Positions 12,514-25,255 of a DNA stretch of 64,000 nt are shown here, piece by piece. Both the position numbers and the translations under genes were made by a program. The notes beneath the pieces were generated by a model. The model had not been told where the DNA came from, searched no databases, and worked only from the letters and a program-made list of their open reading frames with translations. Source of the stretch: Octopus vulgaris (Eukaryota). The stretch covers positions 18,352,001 to 18,416,000 of the forward strand of contig OX597830.1 in NCBI GenBank assembly GCA_951406725.2. Direction: 5' to 3'. Position 1 is the first letter of the stretch; the number at the start of each line of letters is the position of its first letter.

Positions 12514-12742
12514 CTGGTGGTCACATGGCATGTGTGAGTTTTATGTGGACTTATCCATTAAAAAATTTTTAAAAATATATATTGTGATTAAAATAAACGT
12601 AAACAGGGACACACAATTGATTCTATCATCAACCAAAGCCTTGTGTGTCCCTGTTTACGTTTATTTTAATCACAATATATATTTTAAAAAATTTTTAATG
12701 GATAAGTCCACATAAAACTCACACATGCCATGTGACCAGCAG
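12514..12742. repeat. Near-perfect inverted repeat, ~102-bp arms, 24-bp spacer
   Basis: Arm 12514-12616 is the reverse complement of 12641-12742. aattgattctatca is duplicated at 12500-12513 and 12615-12628. Confidence 0.95.
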
Positions 12743-13023
12743 TTTTTAATTATTCAAACAAAATATACAGCATTTGTTATATTCATTAGGAGTTTCGTAC
12801 GTGACAGTTTCTTCTCCAGGCTAAGTTTTACCAACACATCTATTTCTCACAGTTTAACCACTTCACAGGGACAAAAGCAATTTTTGATTTTTAATTTTGT
12901 CTTTCTTCTCTTTTTTGTGATAGGTGGATATAGTTTCAGATTGTGAAACTTTCCCTAGTATTAGACATTGAAAGCTCTATAGTTTTAGGAGCTGATAAAG
13001 AAAGGAGTTTCCAAACAGTACTA

Positions 13024-13245
13024 CCCTTTTGTTACCAACCCGGCTGAAACCGGCTCTGGCTCTCTAGTACAAATGTCTTGTTTTCATAATTTTTGAATTA
13101 AAATTTTCCACCAAACCTTAGTCACTATTTATGTTCCTAACACTAGCTTAATGATGACTAAGTTATTTTACTAAATTCTTTCTTATATTTAAAATTAATT
13201 GAAAGAAACACAGAGCATCTCAACAGAGATACGGTAACGAAAGGG
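13024..13245 (+). mobile_element. piggyBac-type MITE family P1
   Basis: ccctttttgttaccaacccggctgaaacc ... ggtaacgaaaggg|TTAA. Confidence 0.8.
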
Positions 13246-13667
13246 TTAAGTGAATGTTGTTGATAAAGATCAAGCCTAATATGTTATATTTGTATGCTTA
13301 TTTGCACACAAAGAAGTCTTTGCTGGTACTAATTAGCACTAAAATTTCCATTCTGTTTTGGAAGTGAAGCTCTAGATTTATCCTGTAAGCCAGTGATTCT
13401 GAGGGAAAGGCATACAAGATTTTGTTGTTAGAATTTATTTTTTCAGTGTCTCAGAAACTTGTGAGAGAAAGGGCTGAAATTATCCTCAGAAGTGAGATCT
13501 AATGTTTAACACTTGCAACAGAGTAGACTATTCGTAAGGTACCCAAGAGCCATGTGGTGGTGTTAAACAAGGCACCCAGTTAAGTCTATCACCTGAGAAC
13601 TAAAATGGTCCCTCTGACTGTCTTTCACAAAGTTTGTCTATCAAATTTTATTTTTATATCTACTCCT

Positions 13668-14147
13668 GTGCATGCATGACTGAGTGTAAATAATTTGAGA
13701 GAAAAACTTGGTATAAAAGGCATCAGACGTTGCGTGCAAGAGAGGAGACTGTGCTGGTTTGGTCATGTGATGCATATGGATGAGGACAGCTGCAAAAAGA
13801 AGTGCAAAGCTTTAATTTTGTAGGGTACCTTTGGAAGACATGGAGTGAAGTGGTAAGCGCATCAAGCTAAGTAAAACCACTGTTTTCCACACATACAGGT
13901 TTGTTCCTTCGGGTACTGGTGCTACATAAAAAGTGCCCATGCTGGGGCTGCATAAACGTACCTGTGCCAGTGGCACGTAAAAAGCACTCAGCACACTCTA
14001 TTAAGTGGTTGGCATTAGGAAGAGCATTCAGCCGTAGAAACCATGCCACAACAGACAATTGAAGTCTGGATAGTTCTCAGCTGGCCTGCTCCATGTCAAA
14101 CTATCCGTGCATGGAAAGCAGATGTTAAATGATGATGATGATGATGA
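13668..14147 (+). pseudogene. 5'-truncated RTE-clade LINE: ORF C-terminus plus 3'UTR and (GAT)n tail
   Basis: Frame from 13668 reads VHA*LSVNNLREKLGIKGIRRCVQERRLCWFGHVMHMDEDSCKKKC, matching the RTE motif RRLRWFGHVxRM. The family C UTR follows. Confidence 0.85.
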
Positions 14148-15406
14148 CTCCTCCATGTTTGCATAGCCTGGATAGACATTTTAAAGCAGCATTTCAAGGC
14201 AGGAAACCTTTCCTGATCCACCTCTTACTCGCATTTTACTCGACTCTTATGTCTCTCAAGGATATAATGTACCTGTTCTAAAACTTGGATGCAAACAGTG
14301 TGTGTGTGTGTCTAAAATGATCATCATTATTTTAACATTTACATTTCCATGCTTGCATGGGTGGGACAGAGTTTAACGAAGCAGATTTTTTTTAAGGTTG
14401 GATGCCCACCTTGTTGCCAAGCCTTACCTGTTTCCAAGGCAATATTTTCCTAAGACCAGATATATTTTTGCAGAATTACTGGAAATGAATGATATTTATT
14501 TAGAACTATCATACAATGTCAAGACAAAGAGATGCGTACACACGCACTGAGGCTTCTTCTTTCAGTTCCATCTACCAGATCTACCCACAAGACTTTGGTT
14601 GACCTGGGGCTGCAGTAGAAGACAGTTGCTCAAGGTGCCATGTAGGGGGACTGAACCTGAAACCATGTTGTTGGGAAGCAGACAGTCTACAACACAGCCG
14701 TGTGTGTGTATTACCACAAAGCACAAACTGTATATCAAAGAATGTGGGGGGTGGAGAAAACAGGAAAGAAACATTCTCTGGAAATAAATCAGTTTTCTTC
14801 AGGTCTGAAAAATCTGGTTGAATTCATTCAGAAATAAATATACAGTTCTAACTGTAACAGTAAAATATATTCTAAAGTAAACAGTAGGAGCTGAGGAAAG
14901 TACTGATCGTCTGCATTGGCAATTATTGAATATAAACAATTCAAAAGTAGAATAAATCTTTTTTGCTGTGAGAAAATCAATTTATTACCACTTTTAAACT
15001 GTTTATAAAATGTATTTCATCATCACTGTAGTATTCATTAATTTGTTGGAAGTCTGTGTTATGGAAAAGGTACCAGGAAGAGTATGAAATGTTGATGTTT
15101 ATTATTTCAGAAGATTACTCCTCCTCTTCCTCCTTCTCCACCACCACCACCACCTCCTCCTCCTCCTCCCCATCCTCCTCTCCTCCTCCTCAACATCATC
15201 ATCATAGTGTACATTTTTCCATGTTTGCATGGGTTAGATGGAAATTGTCAAGGTAGATTTCCTATAGCCAGATGCCCTTCCTGTCACCAACCTTCACCTG
15301 TTTCTAAGCAAAGTAATATTTTCCCAAAAGTTAGGCAGGTCTTGCATGGAAGATGAGGAACAAACAAAATTGCTTGTATGACAATGATGCTCATTTACAA
15401 TCATCA

Positions 15407-15780
15407 TCTATTATATAAAATCCGTTCTGTCTGTCTGTGTGTGTGTCTTCTAGGATCTCGAGCATCCTCCATCTGATTGCGCTCAAATTTGATATGTAGA
15501 TACCAACAGTATCAGGGCTTGTATAAGTCTTGAAAACATTACAAAAATCAATTCCAGGTGAGAATGCGATCGATAAAGTGAATAAAATCGTTTTTCTTTG
15601 GAATAGAAAAAAAGTCTATCTTTATTTCTTCTTTTGCTGGTGTCTCAAATTTAGGTTAAATCAGTGTTTCTCAAAGGGGAGGCCTATGGGACAGTTGGAC
15701 AAGTTGTTTTGAGAAAATTTGGTTTAAATGTTTGACAACTTAGCACCGTCCATTGGACGGGGGGGCGTTTTGTTCGTATT
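15407..15780 (+). mobile_element. Helitron-like 5' fragment
   Basis: Starts A|TCTATTATATAAAA followed by (ctgt)n, similar to the 5' end of the Helitron at 52741-53123. No CTAG end seen. Confidence 0.5.
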
Positions 15781-15794
15781 ATATATATATAATA

Positions 15795-16139
15795 TGCAGG
15801 TCTGGCTGAGTGGTAAGAAGTTTGTTTCTTAAGCACATGGTTCCTGGTTCAGTCTTACTGCCTGGCACCTCAGACAAGTGCCTTCCATAGCCTTAGGCTG
15901 ACCAAAGCTGTGTGAGTGGATTTGGTAGATAGAAACTCAAAGAAGCCTATTGTAGCTCTCTCTATATGTGTGTGTGAGACAGGTTCCTTTCAGTTTCTGT
16001 CACTAGATCTACTCACAAAGATTTGGTCAGACTGGAGCTAGAGTAGAAGACACTTGTCCAAGGTGCCACACAGTGGGGTTGAACCCAAGACCACATGTTT
16101 GAGAAGCAAGCTTCTTAACCACACAACTCCTTCTGTGCC
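15795..16139. mobile_element. Two family A SINE heads in inverted orientation
   Basis: Plus head 15795-15950 and minus head ~15978-16139, joined at a short (TC/TG) tract. Confidence 0.75.
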
Positions 16140-16319
16140 TTAAACTGTCTTGTTTCAAGGCTTATTCTGTGGAAGGAGGGGAGCACCTGTGATATTTTCA
16201 GGACTTCTAGGACTGCTAGCTGAAAGGGAGGAAGTTATCCTTAAATGAAGGACTAGGACTGAATGTTTACAACAGAGCGAACTCTGCTAAAGTTAGACAA
16301 TGGTAATATAATTGTCTGT

Positions 16320-16568
16320 TTAAACATTTCATGTGAACTTTGTAAACCATTTAGTGTTCACATTATTCTGCCAAAAATAATTCTTATTTATTTACAGGTT
16401 TTGAATTAATCCTGCATTATCTCAAAGCTTCGAGATTTTGATGAGGTAACTGTTAATTTTCAGAATGACATTGTAGGGTAGGTGTGAGAGGCCAAATCTG
16501 GTCACTTTAAACATAAAACAGGTAGAATATTTAGGCCGAATATGGACTGTTTAAATACTTGAGGGTAA
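16320..16568 (-). mobile_element. piggyBac-type MITE family P2 (degenerate)
   Basis: Reverse complement of the 18906-19126 family. Confidence 0.6.
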
Positions 16569-18094
16569 AATAGTTCCTTTAATTCTTTTCTTATGAGTTT
16601 CTTGCTAACCAAAGTAACACCTGAGAACCAATCCAAGGGTGGATGAAAAAGAAACAACAGTGATTGTCCCCCAATAAAGAAAACCATGGCCAAGCCCCTG
16701 AAAACTGCATATGAACTTAGGATACTGAAAATGGGAGAAGATGGGATGGGATATGCGGTGAGTGTGTTATTATATCCAATGCAATTATTTAATTATTGAT
16801 GCTGATCAAGGCACTTGAGCAAGCAGTTGGACAAAAAGGGGCATTAAGATCTGTTGAACAACTTTTAATTCATGAAACGGTGCTGTCTGAAGTAAAAACA
16901 AATATAGAGGTAATATAACCATTTGGCTTCACTTCAAAAGGGCAATGGAATCTATTTAGTCTTGGTTGCTGAAATCATTGCATTTGGCAAAAGTACCTGC
17001 TGCCATTGAAATGCTCACAAAAGCTTCATCACCAATGCTCATTGTTGTAAGTGAGAGCGCAGCGATAAATTTTCAAAAGGAATTTTTCCAAGAAGACAAT
17101 CATTCTTTCTTCCTCTGTTTATTTTGGCACCAAACTGACTGATATTTCTTTTACAAAACTCAATGTTAGGAGTCTACAATATCAAGAAATCCCAATGTAA
17201 TTCATAATTTTTTTTTTTGGTCTATTATTTAAAGATCTACACTGGAAATATTTACAGTGCAGAAAAAACAACTAGATTTAATAACATATTCAGCTGATAA
17301 GGGATGGAATTTGGCCAAAAGAAATACTCAGATTTAATAGCTAGTTTAAAATAAATAAATAATTTTCCAAACTAAAAACATTCGCATCAAAAGTCTGTCT
17401 ATCTCTCTCTATTTCACCTCTTTTATGTAATCAAATGTGTAGTTATTGATGCTTTTTAACATCAGTTCAGCCCCAGAGTTGGTATACGTATAATCATAAT
17501 GAGTACCAACCACATCTGTCTCATTTTTCTATTGGGCAGGCATTGCATACTTCAGATGATGTCATACAAGATGTCTTTTCCTTTTCAAGACAAGATTTCT
17601 CTGTTATTTGTTATAGTAGGGTAACCAGATACTGTAGACTGCATTCAAGAAAGGTCACTCATACACTAGCTTCTGACCCATGTATGTGATATTTCATCAT
17701 ACTGTGCTTTCTACTGCTACACTAGTGGACTCCACTCTTTGAGACTGGCTACACTAGTGCCATCTCCACACATAGAAAACAGAGTAAAGAATGCATAATG
17801 ACATACCTGCATTCTTAGAGAAATCACAGGCATAACATAATAGGCATTAAAAAAAAACAAGAATAGTGTAAAAACAATACATTAGATCCATTATTGACTA
17901 AACCAACCCTGCTTAGGCTTCTAATCTCTCCCTAAGAAACTATAATAAACTACAAAGAATACAAAACAATACTTTGTGCATTATGATAAAACAAAAACAC
18001 TTAAAACGAACTCTCTGCCAAAACATTTGCAGGGTACAATTTGCTGTGGAGCAATAATTCCCATACTCCCTTCCATTCCTTAGAACATCCAGAT

Positions 18095-18150
<56 letters not shown>

Positions 18151-18247
18151 CAATAGAAATTTTTTCGACACCAGCGGTCTAGTGAGAAAGAGAAAATAGT
18201 CACAGACTATATATATAAATTCAACAACATTGAGGAACGGCCTCAAT

Positions 18248-18358
18248 TTGCCTTTCATCCTTTCGGGGTTGATAAATTAAGTACCAGTTACGCACTGGGG
18301 TCGATGTAATCGACTTAATCCATTTGTCTGTCCTTGTTTGTCCCCTCTATGTTTAGCC
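18248..18358 (+). mobile_element. 5'-truncated family B SINE inside a small palindrome
   Basis: ttgcctttcatcctttcggggttgataaattaag...gtttagcc, flanked by the direct repeat cctcaat. Confidence 0.75.
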
Positions 18359-18369
18359 CCTCAATGTTG

Positions 18370-18405
<36 letters not shown>

Positions 18406-18905
18406 CACCCACCACTGCCATACTAAAATATCCTAAAATACAATTTAAGTCCAGACAAGCATAGAAAAAAAAAAAGCACATACATACAGATACATAAATA
18501 ACCTCACTGCTCAACATCAATAGCCTCAAACACTGTGATGGGACGTTTACCACTAACAATAAGTAAATAATAACATGGTGCTTTGAGTACATCTTTGTTC
18601 ACCTCTGCTGCAGTTACCATTAGAATCTATGGATGTATAGAAACAGACTTGGCTGTTGGAAGACCAAATCTGTGTGAGTGGATTTGGTAGATGGAAACTC
18701 AAAGAAGCCTATTGTAGTTCTCTCTATGTGTGTGTGTGTGACAGGTTTCTTTCAGTTTCCATCACTAGATCTACTCACAAAGATTTGGTCAGACTGTAGA
18801 TATAGTAGAAGACATTTGTCCAAGGTGCCACATGGTGGGGTTGAACCCAAGACCACATGTTTGGGAAGCAAGCTTCTTAACCACACAACTCCTTCTGTGC
18901 CTTAA

Positions 18906-19126
18906 CCCTTTAGCATTTAAACCGGCCATATCCAGCCAAAAGTATTCTGCTTGTTTTATGTTCAAACTTGCCAGATCTGGTCTCTCACACCAACCCTACA
19001 ATATCATTTTAAAAATTAAGAGCGACCTCATCAAAATCTCGTAGCTAAAAGATAATGCATGATTAGTTCGAAACAATGTGGATAAAGAAGCATTCATTTT
19101 GGCAGAATAATGCGAATACTAAAGGG
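18906..19126 (+). mobile_element. piggyBac-type MITE family P2, intact, TTAA TSD
   Basis: TTAA|ccctttagcatt ... aatactaaaggg|TTAA. An empty paralogous site lies at 16140-16143. Confidence 0.9.
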
Positions 19127-19650
19127 TTAAACTGTCTTGTGCAATATGTCCAGACTGTCGAACAGCACCTCATGTGCCTGACAGAAAGTGTAGTGCGTCC
19201 TGAGCTAAGTGGAGACCAGATGTAATTTGGGAAGATGGATCTGAGGCCACACACCATCATACAGGTAGCTAACTGGATGTCACAGAACTTGATCAGGTTT
19301 GATCTAGAGCAGCACAGTAACAACAAAAGGATCAACAGAGTTGTCAGTGCTAAAAAAATAAATATCATTTACTGCTGTGATTGGCAGCAGAATCTTAAAT
19401 GGGAACTTTTTATTAAAAATTAGTGAGAAAGAGAACATTTGCGGAAACCTACAACATCTCTACATGAATTATATTTTCATATTTGTTGTTTTTTAGGACC
19501 AGTTCAACTCTGGACTGGGTGGATGTATAATCAAAACAAGTACCTGCTACAAGTGTCTAATTCTCCCATTGGACAGGCATTGCCTATCAAGGACCATGTT
19601 ATACTATGTGTCTTTCCTTTTTAAGGCAAGATATATCTGCTATTAGTAAC

Positions 19651-19882
19651 AGGCGGCGATCTGGCAGACACGTTAGCGCGCCGGGCGAAATGCTTAGCCA
19701 TATTTCGTCTGCCATTACGTTCTGAGTTCAAATTCCATTGAGGTCAACTTTGCCTTTCATCCTTTCGGGGTCGATAAATAAAGTACCAGTTTCGCACTGA
19801 GGGTGATATAATCGACTCTATCCCTTTGTCTGTCCTTGTTTGTCTCCTCTATGTTTAGCCCCTTCTGGGCAGTAAAGAAATA
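19651..19882 (+). mobile_element. Family B Nin/Deu SINE, full length
   Basis: TSD tattagtaac at 19641-19650 and 19883-19892. Confidence 0.9.
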
Positions 19883-20659
19883 TATTAGTAACTGGAACAA
19901 CCAGACATCTTAGTCTGCTTTCAAAAGGAAAAAAAGAAAAAGAAAAAATGTCACTCCACATATTGCCAACACCCTCCAGCTTCTGACCCATAGATGTGTC
20001 TCCTTAATTTGTCCTTTCAACTACTAAAACAGTGGACTCACTCTTTGGAATGGGCTGGTCTCATATCTCTCCACCCAGGCACTGCTAACTCATTTGTCTC
20101 ACTTCCACTCATTGTCTACATTCTGTTCACCTCCCCCTACACAAACTCCAATGGCCATTCCTTCCCAGAACATTAGTCCTTAAGTATTCTCTCCCTGCCT
20201 ATACTTTCCCTGCAAGAAGCCATGCAACTTCACAAGAGAAACATCAAACTGCTCTCATCTTATTGGCCTAGTAGAAGTGGTGGTGGTGGTGATGGCCGTA
20301 TAGGCTAATGGCACAACCCTGACCATGAGAAATAACCATTACAAAAACTAAAATACAGGATCACTCACTGCCTCATCACAACTGTAGATGTTATCATTGG
20401 CATATGGTTCACTTGGTTAAGTTACTAAATATTTAAATAATAATCTTGAAAAGATGCTATTTTCAGGTTTTCAAACCGGCCATCTGACACGCATTCAGCA
20501 AATTCAATCTGTAAGCAGAACAGTGAAAATAGGCAAAACATTTCCAAAATTAAATTCTATACAGTTGTTGATGTATATGTTTCAATATTGGGACTGTGTG
20601 CCTTAGAAATCAACCCCTTCTTTATACGTTGAATTTAAAGAGCTAAAAACCTGACACTG

Positions 20660-20699
<40 letters not shown>

Positions 20700-21124
20700 G
20701 TCATATCCAAACACATACATATTTATTTATTTACATTAGCTAAAGTACTGAGTTCTCTTTTACTTTGTCATAGTATTACTGTGTACGTAATCACACTTAC
20801 AAACTATATGTGTGTGTATATATACATATGTATACGCGTACATCTATATGAATGCATATATGCATATAACATCTAACCTATTTGTTATTTTTCTTACACA
20901 CACACACACACACACACACAGTCACACACACATGCTCATACAATCATATACACAATCACTACTTTCTAAGGAAAGATTGTTTCCCCGTCTTACGCCGTCA
21001 ACTCCCAATGATTTCAACATTCGCTCTTTGAACATGTATAAAGTTGTTGCTTCATGAAAACCCCAAGTGTAAATTAAAGAGTCTTAGAAGACTGAAATAA
21101 CAAGCAAATACCACTAAATTATCA

Positions 21125-21830
21125 ATCATCATCATTATCATCGCCACACCCCCACCACCACCACCACAATCATCATCATCATCATCATCACACCCCACCA
21201 CCACTACAATCATCACCATCATCATCATCACACCCCACCACCACTACAATCATCATCATCATCACTACACCCCACCACCACTCCAATCATCATCACCATC
21301 ATCATCATCACACCCCACCACCACTACAATCATCATCATCATCACTACACCCCACCACCACTACAATCATCACCATCATCATCATCATCACACCCTATCA
21401 CCACTACAATCATCATCATCATCACTACACCCCACCACCACTCCAATCATCATCATCGTCATCACACCACCACTACAATCATCACCATCATCATACCCCA
21501 CCACCACTACAATCATCATCATCATCATCACACCCTATCACCATTACAATCACCATCATCATCATCATCACACCCCACCACCACTCCAATCATCGTCATC
21601 ACACCACCATCATCATCATCATCATCATCATCACACCCCACCACCACTACAATCATCACCATCATCATCATCATCACACCCCACCACCACCACAATCATC
21701 ATCATCATCATCATCCCCACCACCACCACTACAATCATCACCATCATCATCATCACACCCCACCACCATTACAATCACCATCATCATCGTCATCACACCC
21801 CACCACCACTCCAATCATCATCATCATCAT
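21125..21830. repeat. Minisatellite of ~30-37-bp units (cat)n-cacaccccaccaccactacaat
   Basis: About 20 variable units built from CAT and CAC triplets. Confidence 0.9.
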
Positions 21831-22337
21831 TTTAGTCGTAGCTTCAATTTTCAAATATTTTAGTAAGCTCAAATTGTGAATAAATCTTGTATGCATATGT
21901 GAGTGAACATGTTTTTGTATGTATGTGCATGTGTGTTTGAATAAATCTGCATGTGTGTGTGTGTGTGTGTGTATGTGTGTGGAGGAGAGTATGTGTGAAT
22001 GTGCATGTATTGTGGTGGGGGAAGCATTGTAGGGTATAGGGCGTTTAGGGTAGGCTACAAGCAAAGAGAATCTGGAAAGTTATGCCAAAATGTTGTCATG
22101 TGATGTGAGTTTGATTTTTGTAAAGGGCTTGTGATTCTCATGGTCAGGCCTTAGGTGACTTGTGAACTTGATACTAGCATTATTTGGACAGAATTGATGG
22201 AATAGTTTCCACATTGTACACCACTGGAACAGATGAAGTTTGATCCTTTTGAAGTCATCCCAACAGTTGAGATCTGTCATACGCTCACTGGCTAATTGTG
22301 ACACCAGCGCTTAATCTGGTACTGTTTTTCTATATAT

Positions 22338-22760
22338 AGGTATAGGAGTGGCTGTGTGGTAAGTAGCCTGCTTACAAACCACATGGTTCCGGGTTCAGTC
22401 CCACTGTGTGGCACCATGGGCAAGTGTCTTCTACTATAGCCTCGGGCCGACCAAAGCCCTATGAGTGGATTTGGTAGATGGAAACTGAAAGAAGCCCGTC
22501 GTATATATGTATATATGTGTGTGTGTGTGTGAGTGTATATGTTTGTGTGTCTGTGTTTGTCCCTCCAACATCACTTGACAATCGATGCTGGTGTGTTTAC
22601 GTCCCCGTAACTTACCGGTTTGGCAAAAGAGATCGATAGAATAAGTACTAGGCTTACAAAGAATAAGTCCTGGGGTTGATTTGCTCGACTAAAGGCAGTG
22701 CTCCAGCATGGCCACAGTCAAATGACTGAAACACGTAAAAGAGTAAAAGAGTAAAAAGGA
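22338..22760 (+). mobile_element. Family A SINE, full length
   Basis: Complete head, body and (gtaaaaga)n tail. Confidence 0.9.
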
Positions 22761-24586
22761 GTACATCACTGGTCAGGAGATGAGTTGCTGTTACCTCTAG
22801 CAGTCAAGTGTCCATAATTGACAAGACCAAAGAAGGTCAAAGTCACAATCTGGTGGTCTCAATGCTGGAGTTGGTGGAGATTTATCTCCCCACTAGTGAT
22901 ATAAACAACAGTGCATTTTGCAGCAGAGGCCAAAAGGAGAGTTTCCCTCATGGCATGTACCACAGTATAGTTTGTTCTAACAGAACATCCTTGTATAAGT
23001 GATGATAAATATTACCTGTTGGTTTTAATACTGCTTCTCTCGCTAATATATATATTTTTAACAAGCTCACTGGCTAATCAGAACACCAGCACTGCTTTTC
23101 TGTATATTGCTGGCAAGTAGATGACTCACTGCTATCTCTAGCAGTCAAGCATCCATCACTGATAAAGCAAAGGAAGGTTGAAATCATGTCATGCATTTTT
23201 CGCCCTTGTTTATATTGCTATATACACACTCTTTAGAGATGTGTTGGTCATGGCTGGAATGCAGCAAGGATCAGAATTAACCTGGGATTAAGCAACAACA
23301 ATAATAATGCTCTTGCCATTTCTTATCTACACCAATCCAACAAGAGTTTCTCTCGTGGCATCTACCACAGTATAGCTTGTTCTAATAGAACATCTATGTT
23401 TAAGTAGAGACAAATATTATCTCTTGGTATTAATACTACCTCTGTCACTAATATATTGATCTCTGCAGTGCTTCAAACCTCTTGTTGTGTTTTGTATGGA
23501 ATGGACATAGTGGACACAGTAGACAGCAGCGTTCAAGGTGAAACTTAGCAAACATGGGGAAGAGATGGATGACGGTACCCATGGTCACTTTGTGCCACAT
23601 TGATGTGGTGTGCACTCCAGCTTAGCCTGTTATCCACAGTTTTACACAAACACACACAAAGATTATTTATTTTCTCTTGTTTTTAAAATTTAATACTATT
23701 GGTTAAGAAAGTGTTCCGAGACCAAGGAGGGCAAATAAAGAGGGGCAGAGAGATAGAACAAGTGAATGAATATATCAGAAGAGAGAGGTGGGTAGAGGGG
23801 AGATGAAGTGATGTTTTGACATCTGGGTTAAGAAATTGTTAAACTGAAAACAGCCAAGGCTACATTTTGGTGGGGGGACTCCTTGCTTTGACTAGCACTG
23901 TCTTTCATTCTAGTCCCTTTCTTGCTATATCAAAGGGGTCATGTTACTTGTTGTATATACATTATATATACATACATTCTGTATATACTGTATGTACTTT
24001 ATATATATATATATATATATATACATACATTCTACAAACATAACAAATAATTTTTCCATTTTCTTCTTTTCCTCTATACTTCATCTAAACAACAGCAAAC
24101 AGACAAAAAAAAAAAGGAAAATACATAAATAAACAATTATTGACCATAACAACCCACCTGCTCAACATACAAGAAATAGCAGCCACGCCTCCCTCAAAAC
24201 ATACCCTACCTACCTAAATATAAGAAGAATGCATTAAATAATGTTGACCTATATACACACACTCTTTAGAGATGGGTTGGTCATGGCTGGAATGCATTTG
24301 ATCATGTGTCAGCAAGGATCAGAATTGACTTGGGATTAAGCAAGCAACAACAGTAATAACAGTCTTGCCATTTCTTATCTACACCAATCTACCCCATCCA
24401 CCCCATCCTTTAGAGTTTTGTTATTTTTATAAAATGAACCCCCAGCTACCCCTCCATCAGAGATCTGGAGACAAGGTTGGTTATGGTGGAGTGTAGGGGA
24501 GGGCTACACTCAACACTGGCAACAATAACAACACCACCTTTCTTTATTAGTTACTGTTCACTCACATCCTCTTCATCTTATTACCT

Positions 24587-24619
<33 letters not shown>

Positions 24620-25255
24620 CAACAACAACAACAGCAGTATTATTTACTACTGCTGTTACTACTACTACTACTACCATCACCACCACTACCATTACCTCCT
24701 CTACTATGCTCCTTTTCTCTCTTCTTGCACTCCCTGTCTCATCATATCCCTTCTCCCCAAGGTCTGGTCACACCCTCATAACCCTCCATCTTCCTTTTAC
24801 ATATCACTCCCCTCCACCTCCTCTTGCCTTTTTACCATCCCCCATTAAAACAGGAAGAAAGAGAAGGAAAGTTCTCAAGTTGTTGCTTAGTCCCAGGCCA
24901 GCAACAGATTAAGCAGAACAAAATATTCCAGCCATGACCATTCCAACTGTGTTCTATATAAGGGACTACAATATTGAATGTGTTCTTTGATTCTTTTTGA
25001 GTGAGATTTTGCTACTATTTCAGACAGCTTAAGTGGCCACATAGGGGTTCCCTCAATGGCTCTGGTCAAGATAGATATAGACAGTATCATAGCTCTTCTA
25101 GGCTGACCTTACACAGAAGGCTGGAAATATCAGAGTAGGCTGGGGTTGTGGCTAATGTTAGACTGTTGAAGGATTGTCATTGTTGCTTAGCCCAAAGTTA
25201 GTTCTGATTAAGCAGCCTTTATAGCCAAAGACATGAATAATATAATCATAGGAAC

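Noticed and set aside
21125-21830. CRISPR-like regular repeats
   Set aside because: The spacers are (cat)n rather than unique sequence; eukaryotic context with no cas genes.
22338-22410. tRNA genes at SINE heads
   Set aside because: A/B boxes are present, but they continue into SINE bodies and lack complete cloverleaves.
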